Part shown: positions 36,901 through 44,801 of the stretch, piece by piece
Layout: every line of letters begins with the position of its first letter
Position numbering within the stretch: position 1 is the first letter of the stretch
IMG/VR virus record: IMGVR_UViG_3300048503_000032
Span: 42,773-106,772 of that record
DNA from: a virus
Lineage: Duplodnaviria; Caudoviricetes
Reading direction: 5' to 3' (one strand)
DNA length: 64,000 nt
Program-made: the position numbers and the translations under genes
The notes under the pieces: model-generated
Seen by the model: only the letters and a program-made list of their open reading frames with translations
What the model was told of the DNA's origin: nothing
The model's database searches: none

Positions 36901-38240
36901 CGGCGGGTACTCTGACTCCGATTGTGCAGAAGCCTTGCGAGTCTATCGGCGATCTGTTGATTGATCTGACTCAGACGATCAACACGTATCCGTTCAGTTC
37001 CAACCGGCAGTTCTACGCTTACTTCTTTAATCATCAGTGGTCTTATTCGCAGCCTACGATTGTGACGGTGCCTCCTCCGAATTTGACGATTGAAGAGGGG
37101 TATCGGTTTGGCCAGAGCTTGAATCTGCTTTGTGTTTTACCGACTGAGGTCGGAGTGAACCCGACTCCACGGACGGATCTTACACAGCAGGTATGGCAGA
37201 TCGCTGCGGACAGTGATTTTTCATCGACTGGTATGGTAGTTAATCAGACGAATTACACCCCTGGTAGTCAGACTTTCAATGTGCCCGCTACAGGAGACAT
37301 TTACGCTCGGTCGTTGCTGTTCGATTATATCTCTAGCGGTAGCTGGAGCCCGACGATTCATATTCCGCTGGGGAACTTGATAGCGTCGGACTATCTTGCG
37401 GCACAGGGTTCAGCACCGCCTATTCTTACGTCAGCTTCGGGGGCGTTGGCCAGCTATGTGTCCAGCACGAATGTGATTGAGGTGTCTACGGTTTCGTTCG
37501 TCGAGCAGTATCCTAACGGGCAGACTTGGACGATACCTACAACTGACCAGACGTTCACGACAACTAAGGATACTCTTGCGGCGTTGACGTTGAATACTCC
37601 GTATTACTTCTATCTGTCGATGCAGAGCGCAGCTTACACTAATCCGACTGTTTTTGTTGACGGGCCGTATCAGAATCCTTCGCAGTCGGCGTTGGCATAT
37701 ACTGTGGCTGACGGACGTGTGCAGTTGAGTGCGGGGGCGTTGGCTTTTTACACGTCTGCTACTCCGACGGGATCTGGCGGCGGTGGTGGCGGCGGCACGG
37801 GCGGCGGCGGGCAGTATTGCGGTGTGCTGTCTTCGATGATGATGATGGCCGATGGCTCCCAGAAGAAGCTCGGGGATACTGTGGTGGGAGATGTCGTGTC
37901 GGATGGACATGGTGGGATAGAGACTGTTGTTGCTCGGAAGATAATCCCGAATCAGGTGGTGCGACTGGTCTGCGCAGGGCTTCACAAGACGCGTGTAGCG
38001 GATGGTCATACGCTCAAGGTGGAGTACGGTTGGGAGTCTGTGGTGAGGATGGAGGAGGCCCATGAACGCGGCGACGTTTATCCGGTGGTCGATACCATTG
38101 ACGGAATGCACCGGATCACGGATATGCATCGTTACGGACTGGAAGACGTTTGCCATCTCCAGTTGTCCGGGCCTCGGCATACCTATGTATTGGACGGATT
38201 TGTAACACATAATATTTTGATCAAGACGGAGGCCGCATGA
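33927..38240 (+). CDS. Large tail-tip/receptor-binding protein with C-terminal Hint domain
   Basis: Follows tape measure; beta-rich; Gly linker then CGVLSS...MADG...VGD...HTYVLDGFVTHN. Confidence 0.8.
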   Translation: MLRLTYTLGGQEVDISKYVDWKSVSITEAINVPAQLSFSAQNFDPGFPTPVQRAYVRLYSTRFNRSLFTGFISSQPNVVFQALRAPGVQLFQYQVLCTSDEHLLNIKAVPFIPAFVNQTQGQVLKGIADILCPGFYDTTMVASGDIEPYFQYDPNQSWCELAKTFGDGSRYRYKVRDKQIVFQPYGDGPLGIEYDESKKDSTFDPMSSGMSTQVLAVPTVNDITIIGAAEAGNNREDYFIGDGFTGNFPLRHKVFKGASTLLLTDDWTEAQFNTQQWVTSDPGEQFNLGAGALNLVSSFALPLGQAYIQMNNALELAGGIDIEHGEFGWNDYSVGIVGGLYTQALDSEAPYASGNCLAGFYISSPTGVITSASGAAGVYMQPTWEGQPVGEPIVSEVNHTYVLQTVVTAPQYVRYNRWYRSLGGNAYGGVETAVTGDVTFIVQDFNIAAATGFYYQPNITKVSVSAVNLPAFCDYGFINNQQLNLTVNYTTLALMPLGSLSAYEGPSGLWQPTGLILPMLPPGSGGYIGPVASWPAGASGNIWPPPLMRNTLPHQEVLGNGFELQTAQVSQGNEADTLAFYAQTLPAAGTPIRFHSFESQAAISRLQASGSIAQEAYIVGDNGIRSAIISNLNPLPRTSEDCDAAAQAYLDDRTQVFYNGTYNCTSYFFNNLTSDTQFFPTCGRYLYVNSPARGISKQWMLVTQLTISVLDAVGNAQHGLAGLGQVGEVLHFSVGFGADLHLEKVLYNFVDIQPTNVLTNTDTATPPNPMYDYQIDNAYQPDLSSIRVNPITDTEAQVTVYDAMVAPIEIRLEDANWGQGATPDYVGTATTSNFTLVRQQFEQIWYMRFVDSTTGTYSRRSKVVRIYYPVTPLAPTLLSADSNFLQFDFNGDIRNVYGFELRTVENVVTQIGTTDGSEFGWPSGTPIYGPPTSIYRRAWGFPTTYNQGDVVVNGPGSPVYISLQSGNQGHYCPNIDPTTLGVWWAVQSQTPSAGTLTPIVQKPCESIGDLLIDLTQTINTYPFSSNRQFYAYFFNHQWSYSQPTIVTVPPPNLTIEEGYRFGQSLNLLCVLPTEVGVNPTPRTDLTQQVWQIAADSDFSSTGMVVNQTNYTPGSQTFNVPATGDIYARSLLFDYISSGSWSPTIHIPLGNLIASDYLAAQGSAPPILTSASGALASYVSSTNVIEVSTVSFVEQYPNGQTWTIPTTDQTFTTTKDTLAALTLNTPYYFYLSMQSAAYTNPTVFVDGPYQNPSQSALAYTVADGRVQLSAGALAFYTSATPTGSGGGGGGGTGGGGQYCGVLSSMMMMADGSQKKLGDTVVGDVVSDGHGGIETVVARKIIPNQVVRLVCAGLHKTRVADGHTLKVEYGWESVVRMEEAHERGDVYPVVDTIDGMHRITDMHRYGLEDVCHLQLSGPRHTYVLDGFVTHNILIKTEAA

Positions 38241-38578
38241 TTAGGTACATGGTTGTGCGCCATCCGAATCAGAAGCAGCAGCTGGCCATTCATCATATGC
38301 TCAGGAACTATCATTGGGAGTCCATCGATGATCAGCATGTATTGGTGTTAGCAGATTTTGATAAGGGGCATATGGATGCGCTCGACAGTCATCCCGATGT
38401 GCTGTTGGCTCCGAGTGTTTTTCACGCCAAGACGCTTCAGGCCCATGCACATGAGAAGGGCAAGCATGCGCACTACGCAGCCTTGCAGAAGCTGGGCGTG
38501 ACCGATCAGCATCAGACCGTTCACTTGGCAGGAATCTCTGCGCAGAAGTATGGGGCGAAGATGACGCTCGATCTCTAG
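38237..38578 (+). CDS. His-rich hypothetical protein
   Basis: GGAGG RBS, ATGA overlap. Confidence 0.7.
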   Translation: MIRYMVVRHPNQKQQLAIHHMLRNYHWESIDDQHVLVLADFDKGHMDALDSHPDVLLAPSVFHAKTLQAHAHEKGKHAHYAALQKLGVTDQHQTVHLAGISAQKYGAKMTLDL

Positions 38579-38613
38579 GGTGCGACGAGCCTTCGATTGT
38601 CTATAATAGCATT

Positions 38614-40218
38614 GTGATCATAGGCGTTCGGCTGACAAATCGTACAGCATACTTGCCTCCGTTGGATGCGGAGACGCATAAGAAGCTGCGCGACTGTTGG
38701 AGTTTCTCACCTAAGGGTTTGTGGATGATGCCGAAGTATCGGCCCACGAAAATCCTGCGCTCTCAGCGTGCTGTGACGATGAAGCAGATTGAGGAGTTGA
38801 AGAGTACGCCGTCTGCGCGCAGCACATTCAGAGTGGAACATCTGACTGAGTTGGTGGCCGAGTTGGATAAGAAGCTCGAGCGGATGTGGGACGGGAAGAT
38901 CAGTCTTATCGACCGGGGCGCTGTATCGGCCGGGTTGTTTCGTGCCACATGGCGGGATGTAGAAGCGGTATGTGGTGTCAAGTTTACCGTCAAGCAGGAT
39001 AGGCAGACGGTAGAATTTGTAGACGGTCTGCCTGATGCGGGAGAGCAGTATCGCCATCAGAACGCTTGTGTGCGGATGATGGTCGCGTCTATTCCGCGGG
39101 GCGGCGGCATAATCCTTGCGGCTACGTCTTCAGGTAAAACCGGGATTGCAGCGAGGTTGTTTTCCAAGACGAGGTGCGAGTGTTTGTTTGTGGTCGATCA
39201 GTTGGATCTGTTGTACCAGCAACGTCAGGAGCTGGAGGAGTGGCTGCACGAGCCGGTGGGGGTTGTGGGCGATAGTGAGTTTCGGCCGGCGCGGGTTACC
39301 GTGGCGACGATTCAGACTTTGAATCTGCATGCGCAGCGCAAGGATTTCGTGAAGTGGTACGGCGGCATCGATCTTGTGGTGGTGGATGAGCTGCATGAGG
39401 CTTTAGCGAAGCGGAACTTTAACGTGTTGCAGCGTATCAAGCCTGTAGCGATCTTTGGGTTGACAGCGACGTTGCAGTTGGGGCAGAAAGAAACGCGCTC
39501 GAAGGCTTACGCGTTCGCTGGCCCGGTCATCTTTAGGTTTCCGATTGAGGAGGGCGTGAAGCGCGGAGTGCTTGCTCAGGGATACGCGTTGCAGTTGCTG
39601 TTCGAGCCACAGTCGATGGAAGAAGAATCCGACGACTACCAGAATGAGCTGGCGATTCAGGTGACTGAGAATCCCGTTAAGCTGGACGCTTGTAAGGGAT
39701 TGGTTCGGGAGTTGCTTCGGGCAGATCGTCATGTGGTATTGCTGGTTGATCGGGTGCAGCATCTGCACGATCTTGACCGTGATCTTCAGGACTTTCCGCA
39801 TGCTTTGGCTTATGGTGCTGTGGGAGTGAAAGATCGTCAGCAGGCACGATTGCATTTCGAGGATGATGATATCAGGCTCATCATTGCGAACAAGGTTTTC
39901 CGCAAAGGCGTGAGTATAAAACGGATCGACGCGATGGTCGATATGGCGGAGGGAAAATCCAAGAACGACGCAGTGCAGAAGTTCGGCCGCGGTCTGCGGC
40001 TGCATAAGGACAAGAGCGAATTGATCTATGTTGACTTCGGAACGCAGGGAGCTGGGCGGTTTGCCAAGGCTGCTGTGTCCCGGCGCAGGGCTTTGAAGGC
40101 AGCAGGGATTAGCGTGACGATTGCTCGGGTGAATAGTGAGGCGCAAGCCATATCAGCTTTGAAGAAGTTTATGGCCACTAGGGTGAGCACATGTCACAAT
40201 CAGAAGAATCTATCCTGA
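38614..40218 (+). CDS. Superfamily 2 DNA helicase (UvsW/XPB-like)
   Basis: ATSSGKT, VVDELH, GLTAT, QKFGRGLR; TATAAT 6 nt before GTG. Confidence 0.9.
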   Translation: MIIGVRLTNRTAYLPPLDAETHKKLRDCWSFSPKGLWMMPKYRPTKILRSQRAVTMKQIEELKSTPSARSTFRVEHLTELVAELDKKLERMWDGKISLIDRGAVSAGLFRATWRDVEAVCGVKFTVKQDRQTVEFVDGLPDAGEQYRHQNACVRMMVASIPRGGGIILAATSSGKTGIAARLFSKTRCECLFVVDQLDLLYQQRQELEEWLHEPVGVVGDSEFRPARVTVATIQTLNLHAQRKDFVKWYGGIDLVVVDELHEALAKRNFNVLQRIKPVAIFGLTATLQLGQKETRSKAYAFAGPVIFRFPIEEGVKRGVLAQGYALQLLFEPQSMEEESDDYQNELAIQVTENPVKLDACKGLVRELLRADRHVVLLVDRVQHLHDLDRDLQDFPHALAYGAVGVKDRQQARLHFEDDDIRLIIANKVFRKGVSIKRIDAMVDMAEGKSKNDAVQKFGRGLRLHKDKSELIYVDFGTQGAGRFAKAAVSRRRALKAAGISVTIARVNSEAQAISALKKFMATRVSTCHNQKNLS

Positions 40219-40802
40219 CAGCATCAGTGATATTGATCAGTGAGAAGTTGGACAGGGTACGGAATTACATCATCAGGACGTATGGATCGGATGGAAGGCT
40301 TCAGCCTGAGCATCAGTACGTCATACGGATCGTCGACTCCCGCAAGCGAGAGTTGAATAGGGTACTGCTTGCCAAGACCAGACCTGTAGACGATCCAGAC
40401 AGACAGAAAGCGGAGATCGAGCTGGCGGTGAAGCGCAGGGATAATGGATCTCTGTTCCGTTGGCAGCTGTTGAGTCATTCCTACGGACGGCTTGGATGCT
40501 CGGGTTGCGCGTTCGATTATGTGCGCGATCCGATGTTCGGATTGCCGATCAAGGACATCCGGTCTAGGCTCTGCCCGGTCTGTGGTCAGGGGATTCAGCA
40601 CACCATCACAGCGGATACAGCTCAGGAGGCTCTGGAGGGCGTCGAAGCGTTCAGAGCTGTGGTATCGGTGGATTCTGCTATAACTATGCGACGTGAGGGC
40701 ACACAGGGAGACGTACAGGCTATTCTGGCATGGGATAAGGGGCCAGCCTGGGTGTACTGTTGCGATGTCTGTGGATCATGGGGGATGGAACCATGCTTGT
40801 AG
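40191..40802 (+). CDS. Zn-ribbon hypothetical protein
   Basis: CSGC, CPVC, CDVC. Confidence 0.6.
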   Translation: MSQSEESILTASVILISEKLDRVRNYIIRTYGSDGRLQPEHQYVIRIVDSRKRELNRVLLAKTRPVDDPDRQKAEIELAVKRRDNGSLFRWQLLSHSYGRLGCSGCAFDYVRDPMFGLPIKDIRSRLCPVCGQGIQHTITADTAQEALEGVEAFRAVVSVDSAITMRREGTQGDVQAILAWDKGPAWVYCCDVCGSWGMEPCL

Positions 40803-41137
40803 ACCTATTCATATTCGCTATTAGCGTATGGCTCCTGAGCAAGATATTCAGACGACGGAATCGTACCGTCGATGAGGAACAGTTGAACCGCCATGCTCTG
40901 CTCCTGATGAAAGAGAACGATCTCAGGAAGAGAGAATGGGAGCTGGATAAAAAGACGAAACTGGCACCTGTGACAGATGTCCTGAGTAGTATGACGGCCA
41001 GGGATGCCATGATGAGAGAGGCCCGTGCCAAAGCTGCATTGCGGGCTGTGTTGGCCAAGCATGGATGTGATGAAGGACAGATTTCGACAGTAATGGACTC
41101 AGTGGACGGGATTGAAGATGGAGATTTGAAGACTTGA
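40793..41137 (+). CDS. Membrane-anchored hypothetical protein
   Basis: N-terminal hydrophobic helix then RRRNR. Confidence 0.6.
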   Translation: MLVDLFIFAISVWLLSKIFRRRNRTVDEEQLNRHALLLMKENDLRKREWELDKKTKLAPVTDVLSSMTARDAMMREARAKAALRAVLAKHGCDEGQISTVMDSVDGIEDGDLKT

Positions 41138-41144
41138 TCGGGTA

Positions 41145-41171
41145 CATAGAGACTACTTCGTAGTCTCTATG
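41145..41171. repeat. Perfect 12-bp inverted repeat in AT-rich intergenic region
   Basis: CATAGAGACTAC-ttc-GTAGTCTCTATG. Confidence 0.9.
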
Positions 41172-41292
41172 ATCTCTTCACAGTAGAACTACTAGAGATA
41201 TAGAATTAGTAGCGATAGGATAATGACGTATAGGGCATTGATTACTGTGTATGGGTATAGGGTGTTTATGGTTCGAGAGGATTGCGTGACTT

Positions 41293-41526
41293 ATGTTTTC
41301 TGACATTGAAAAATGCGTAGACTTGACGGCGGATAACGCTCGGCTGAAGGACGAGAACGATACGCTGCGCGGTATTGTCGCATTCGAGAATATCGACTGC
41401 ATCTACTGCGGTTTGCCAAAGGCTGACATGGCGAAGTGCGCATCAGGATTCCCCGGATGCGGTCGCGGCGACGACATGCTTTGCGCACCGGTATGGATTC
41501 AGGAAAAGTATAAGGGGAAGGTATGA
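41293..41526 (+). CDS. Small Cys-rich protein
   Basis: GAGG RBS; CIYC...CASGFPGC. Confidence 0.65.
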   Translation: MFSDIEKCVDLTADNARLKDENDTLRGIVAFENIDCIYCGLPKADMAKCASGFPGCGRGDDMLCAPVWIQEKYKGKV

Positions 41527-41987
41527 CTTCTGACGGTATCAGCCATCGTAGTGGACGGGTCGGTTACACTCCGACTGCTGGCAATCACGGCACTCCGTTG
41601 TTTAAGGGTAAGAGGTCGGCGGATTGTAGCGAATGCGGGTTTGTTTGGACTCAACCTGAACGCGGTTATGACCTCTACAACGAGATCATGAATCACATGG
41701 TCGAGAAGCACGGCTACAAGCGTGTAGGATCGCAGGTGTTCCGGTCGACGGTCTGCGCTGGGCCTGGATGCAAGAAACCAGGACTGTACAAGGCGAACAT
41801 GAGCGGATACACGTTCTGCTCGGATCACAAGCAGTTGGCAGTAGATAGATGCTTTCTCAGGACTCTGCGATTGGATAAAGGCCGCAACGAGACGGATTTG
41901 AATCTCAATGCAGAAGATGCGCGGATGCGGTCTTTGGATAGTTCGCATAGCTTGACGAAGGCGAATAGGAAGTTGAGCGGAAGATGA
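41523..41987 (+). CDS. Zn-finger hypothetical protein
   Basis: CSEC...H....H; CAGPGC...FCSDH. Confidence 0.65.
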   Translation: MTSDGISHRSGRVGYTPTAGNHGTPLFKGKRSADCSECGFVWTQPERGYDLYNEIMNHMVEKHGYKRVGSQVFRSTVCAGPGCKKPGLYKANMSGYTFCSDHKQLAVDRCFLRTLRLDKGRNETDLNLNAEDARMRSLDSSHSLTKANRKLSGR

Positions 41988-42553
41988 ACGATGCGGCCCA
42001 TGTATGGAAGCTGTCGGGCGACATCGTCGCTGTCATCGAGACTTGGCTGCGCGAGAAAGAGGGCAAGCTGCTCTATGCCCATTTCAAGCGGGTAGACTTG
42101 CTCAGGTTGACTCGGCTTCAGGTGTGGAGCTGGCGGCATAGAGTCGATATTGACGAGATACTGTCGCTGACGCTTCCGTATCTGCGCAAGTCGTTGTCCA
42201 GCGGACAGAAGACGAAGTATGGCCTGGGCTGTAGTGTGGCGGCGTTGACTGGCGTCGGCAATGAGAAGATTTTGATCGAGGCGTTGAATCAGAAGTATCC
42301 CGGCGGGGAGAACAGGGACATCTGGCGTCAGGAAGAACGCCAGCGGCAGTTGGACAGGGAATCGGCGGAGGCTTCCGGTGGATTGAGTACTCGCAGCCGT
42401 AGATCGCCGACTGGCATTCTGGAGAGTGACTCAGTGGCCAGTTATCTACAGTCGTATCGGGCGCGTGTGTTGGGCGTTCGTCATAGGTTGTCGGCACAGT
42501 CCGGCAGCGTAAAACGCAAGCGGAAACATTACCGCGGCAACCCGTGGTTGTGA
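41984..42553 (+). CDS. Hypothetical protein
   Basis: ATGA overlap; in replication operon. Confidence 0.7.
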   Translation: MNDAAHVWKLSGDIVAVIETWLREKEGKLLYAHFKRVDLLRLTRLQVWSWRHRVDIDEILSLTLPYLRKSLSSGQKTKYGLGCSVAALTGVGNEKILIEALNQKYPGGENRDIWRQEERQRQLDRESAEASGGLSTRSRRSPTGILESDSVASYLQSYRARVLGVRHRLSAQSGSVKRKRKHYRGNPWL

Positions 42554-42568
42554 TCGGAGCGTAGTTGT

Positions 42569-42937
42569 ATGAATGACGTGCAGGCAAGAGTTCGGGATTG
42601 GGTTGTGACTCGATTAGGTTCAGCGGCTATGCATCCTCATGAGCGCGCGCTGCGTTTGCTTGAGGAGGCGACCGAGCTGGCGCAGTCTTTGTGTGTGACC
42701 CGCGACGAGGCTTTGCGGGTGGTCAACCATGTGCATGACAAGCCGGTGGGGATGCCGGTCGATGAGTTGGGCGGCGTGATTGTCACGTTGCTGGCGACGG
42801 CGGCGGGTTGTGGACTGTCTCTGGGCGCTTGCCTGGACAAGGAGTTGGGACGGATCGAGGCTATGTCGCCGGAGATCTTCCGTCAGCATCAGGCGGACAA
42901 TGTGGAGCGCGGTATCGGTGCGCCGGTGAAGTTATGA
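42569..42937 (+). CDS. MazG-like all-alpha NTP pyrophosphohydrolase
   Basis: RLLEEATELAQ...DELGG. Confidence 0.7.
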   Translation: MNDVQARVRDWVVTRLGSAAMHPHERALRLLEEATELAQSLCVTRDEALRVVNHVHDKPVGMPVDELGGVIVTLLATAAGCGLSLGACLDKELGRIEAMSPEIFRQHQADNVERGIGAPVKL

Positions 42938-43170
42938 CACCGGCAGAGCTGGTTCGGTTGAAGGCTGCGATCCGGCGCAGCCGATGGGCGCTGGAGGAGC
43001 TGACCGTTGACCAGAAGATGCAGGAGGCCAACATTCTCGTTTCGGGGCCGCATAAGGAGATGGTGCAGTATTTGGCCGGTAAGTTTGGCTCCGTAGGTTC
43101 CGTGCTGGTTCAGGTGGATACTCTGCGTAAGTTCCAAGGCGGTCGAGCCAAGACATTAAGCAAGGGATAA
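42934..43170 (+). CDS. Hypothetical protein
   Basis: ATGA overlap. Confidence 0.55.
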   Translation: MTPAELVRLKAAIRRSRWALEELTVDQKMQEANILVSGPHKEMVQYLAGKFGSVGSVLVQVDTLRKFQGGRAKTLSKG

Positions 43171-43172
43171 TC

Positions 43173-43370
43173 ATGGATGAGTTTCCGAGGTATTGGAAGG
43201 GCGCGTATAATTCGAGGCTCGGTCTTGCTGTGATGAGGCAAGATTCAGCGACCGTCAATTCAGTGATGGTCGTGGCTATCATGCTTCCCGAAGCTGAGGC
43301 GCAGATAATCGCCAACGCAGTTATTCCTACGCTTCGAGAATTACATCGCATCGCTAATGTAGGGAACTAA
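43173..43370 (+). CDS. Hypothetical protein
   Basis: Operon spacing. Confidence 0.55.
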   Translation: MDEFPRYWKGAYNSRLGLAVMRQDSATVNSVMVVAIMLPEAEAQIIANAVIPTLRELHRIANVGN

Positions 43371-44701
43371 TGGATATCCATTTCAGAAAACAGGTACTGC
43401 GGGCAGCGGTGCGCGACCGGGTATTCTTGAAGAATATCTGTCATGATTTAGTTCCGACGGACTTCACTGAAAAATCGGAGCAGATTGTAGCTGAGATTGC
43501 GCTGCGTTTCTGGGAGCAGCATAGTGAGCCTGTTGGGGGGTTGCTGCGCTCTGACGCTGATTTCGAGGCCCGTCATCGGCGGTTGAATGAGAATGATCGT
43601 AAGGCTCTGCGCACTCTGGTCGACGAGATTCAGGGTACGGCGATGGAGTTGGTTCCGGTCAAGGCTCTAGAGGACAGGGTCAAGGCCATTCGCCGGGATA
43701 CGTTCTTCGAGCGCGCGTTGGAAGAGATAATCACGGCTCAGGAGAAAGGTACTCTGTCGACGGCTGTGCTTGAGGGCGTGATGGAACGCGCGCAGCGGGA
43801 TCTGGCGGATCGCATGTTTCAGTCTACGGATTATTTGGCCGGATTGGAGCAGCGTATTTTGCGGCGTCAGATGCAGGCGGAAGAGGATAAATATCCTCTG
43901 CTGCTGATTGATCCGATCGACGAGAAAATCAGGTGCATCGGTCGCGGGCATTTTGCTATTTTCGTTGGGCCGTATTCGTCGGGCAAGTCGATGTTTTTGT
44001 TGCATGTGGCTTTGGCCTACGCGATGCAGGGGCTGAAGGTGTTGTACTTCACATTGGAAGATCCTCTGGACATCGTAGAGAATCGCATGGACAGTTGCAT
44101 GACTGGGATTCCGATGTCCAAGCTGAATCAGTTGCCGAATCGGCTGAGGAAAAGGTTCGACGAGATGCGTCAACTTGTTCGCGGACGTATTCATATTATA
44201 GACGCGACTGACGGCGGGTTGACTATCTCCAAGGTGGAGAAGGTGTGGGAGCAGGAACGGGCTGATGGGTTTACGGCGGACTCGATAATAATCGACTACG
44301 ACGAAGAGCTTGAGTGTGAGGTGAAGTTTACCGGCGAGATGGCTCGCAAGCGACAGTTCGAAGAGATCTATAAGCGGTTTCGGCGGCTCAATAAGAAGCT
44401 GGACACTATCGGCTGGACAGCAGCGCAGACCAAAGCCAATACATCCAAGAAGCGCGTCATTACCGGCGATGATATCGGCGAGGATTACTCCAAGGCGAAG
44501 AAGGCGTTTCTGGCCATCGGTATCGGTCAGGATCAGGATGTTGCCAACATGAAATTCTTGTATGTCATGCGGCATAGGTTGGACAGGAGCAGGTTCGGTG
44601 TGGAAGTGATAACGGATTTTGAATCGGGAATCGCTTATGACGCAGAAAGTACTCGCGCTATGGCGCGTAAGCCTAAGCAGGCGGCGAAGGGGGTAGCATG
44701 A
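43370..44701 (+). CDS. dnaB: DnaB-like replicative helicase
   Basis: GPYSSGKS, VLYFTLE, IIIDY, WTAAQ, MRHR. Confidence 0.9.
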   Translation: MDIHFRKQVLRAAVRDRVFLKNICHDLVPTDFTEKSEQIVAEIALRFWEQHSEPVGGLLRSDADFEARHRRLNENDRKALRTLVDEIQGTAMELVPVKALEDRVKAIRRDTFFERALEEIITAQEKGTLSTAVLEGVMERAQRDLADRMFQSTDYLAGLEQRILRRQMQAEEDKYPLLLIDPIDEKIRCIGRGHFAIFVGPYSSGKSMFLLHVALAYAMQGLKVLYFTLEDPLDIVENRMDSCMTGIPMSKLNQLPNRLRKRFDEMRQLVRGRIHIIDATDGGLTISKVEKVWEQERADGFTADSIIIDYDEELECEVKFTGEMARKRQFEEIYKRFRRLNKKLDTIGWTAAQTKANTSKKRVITGDDIGEDYSKAKKAFLAIGIGQDQDVANMKFLYVMRHRLDRSRFGVEVITDFESGIAYDAESTRAMARKPKQAAKGVA

Positions 44702-44801
44702 TGGATGCGCATGCCGTGAATTCAGTAGTTGACAATATCTTCGGATGGATTTTGGGGATTTGTGGTCTGGCATACATGTTGGGTTTCTTCGACCGTGATA
44801 G

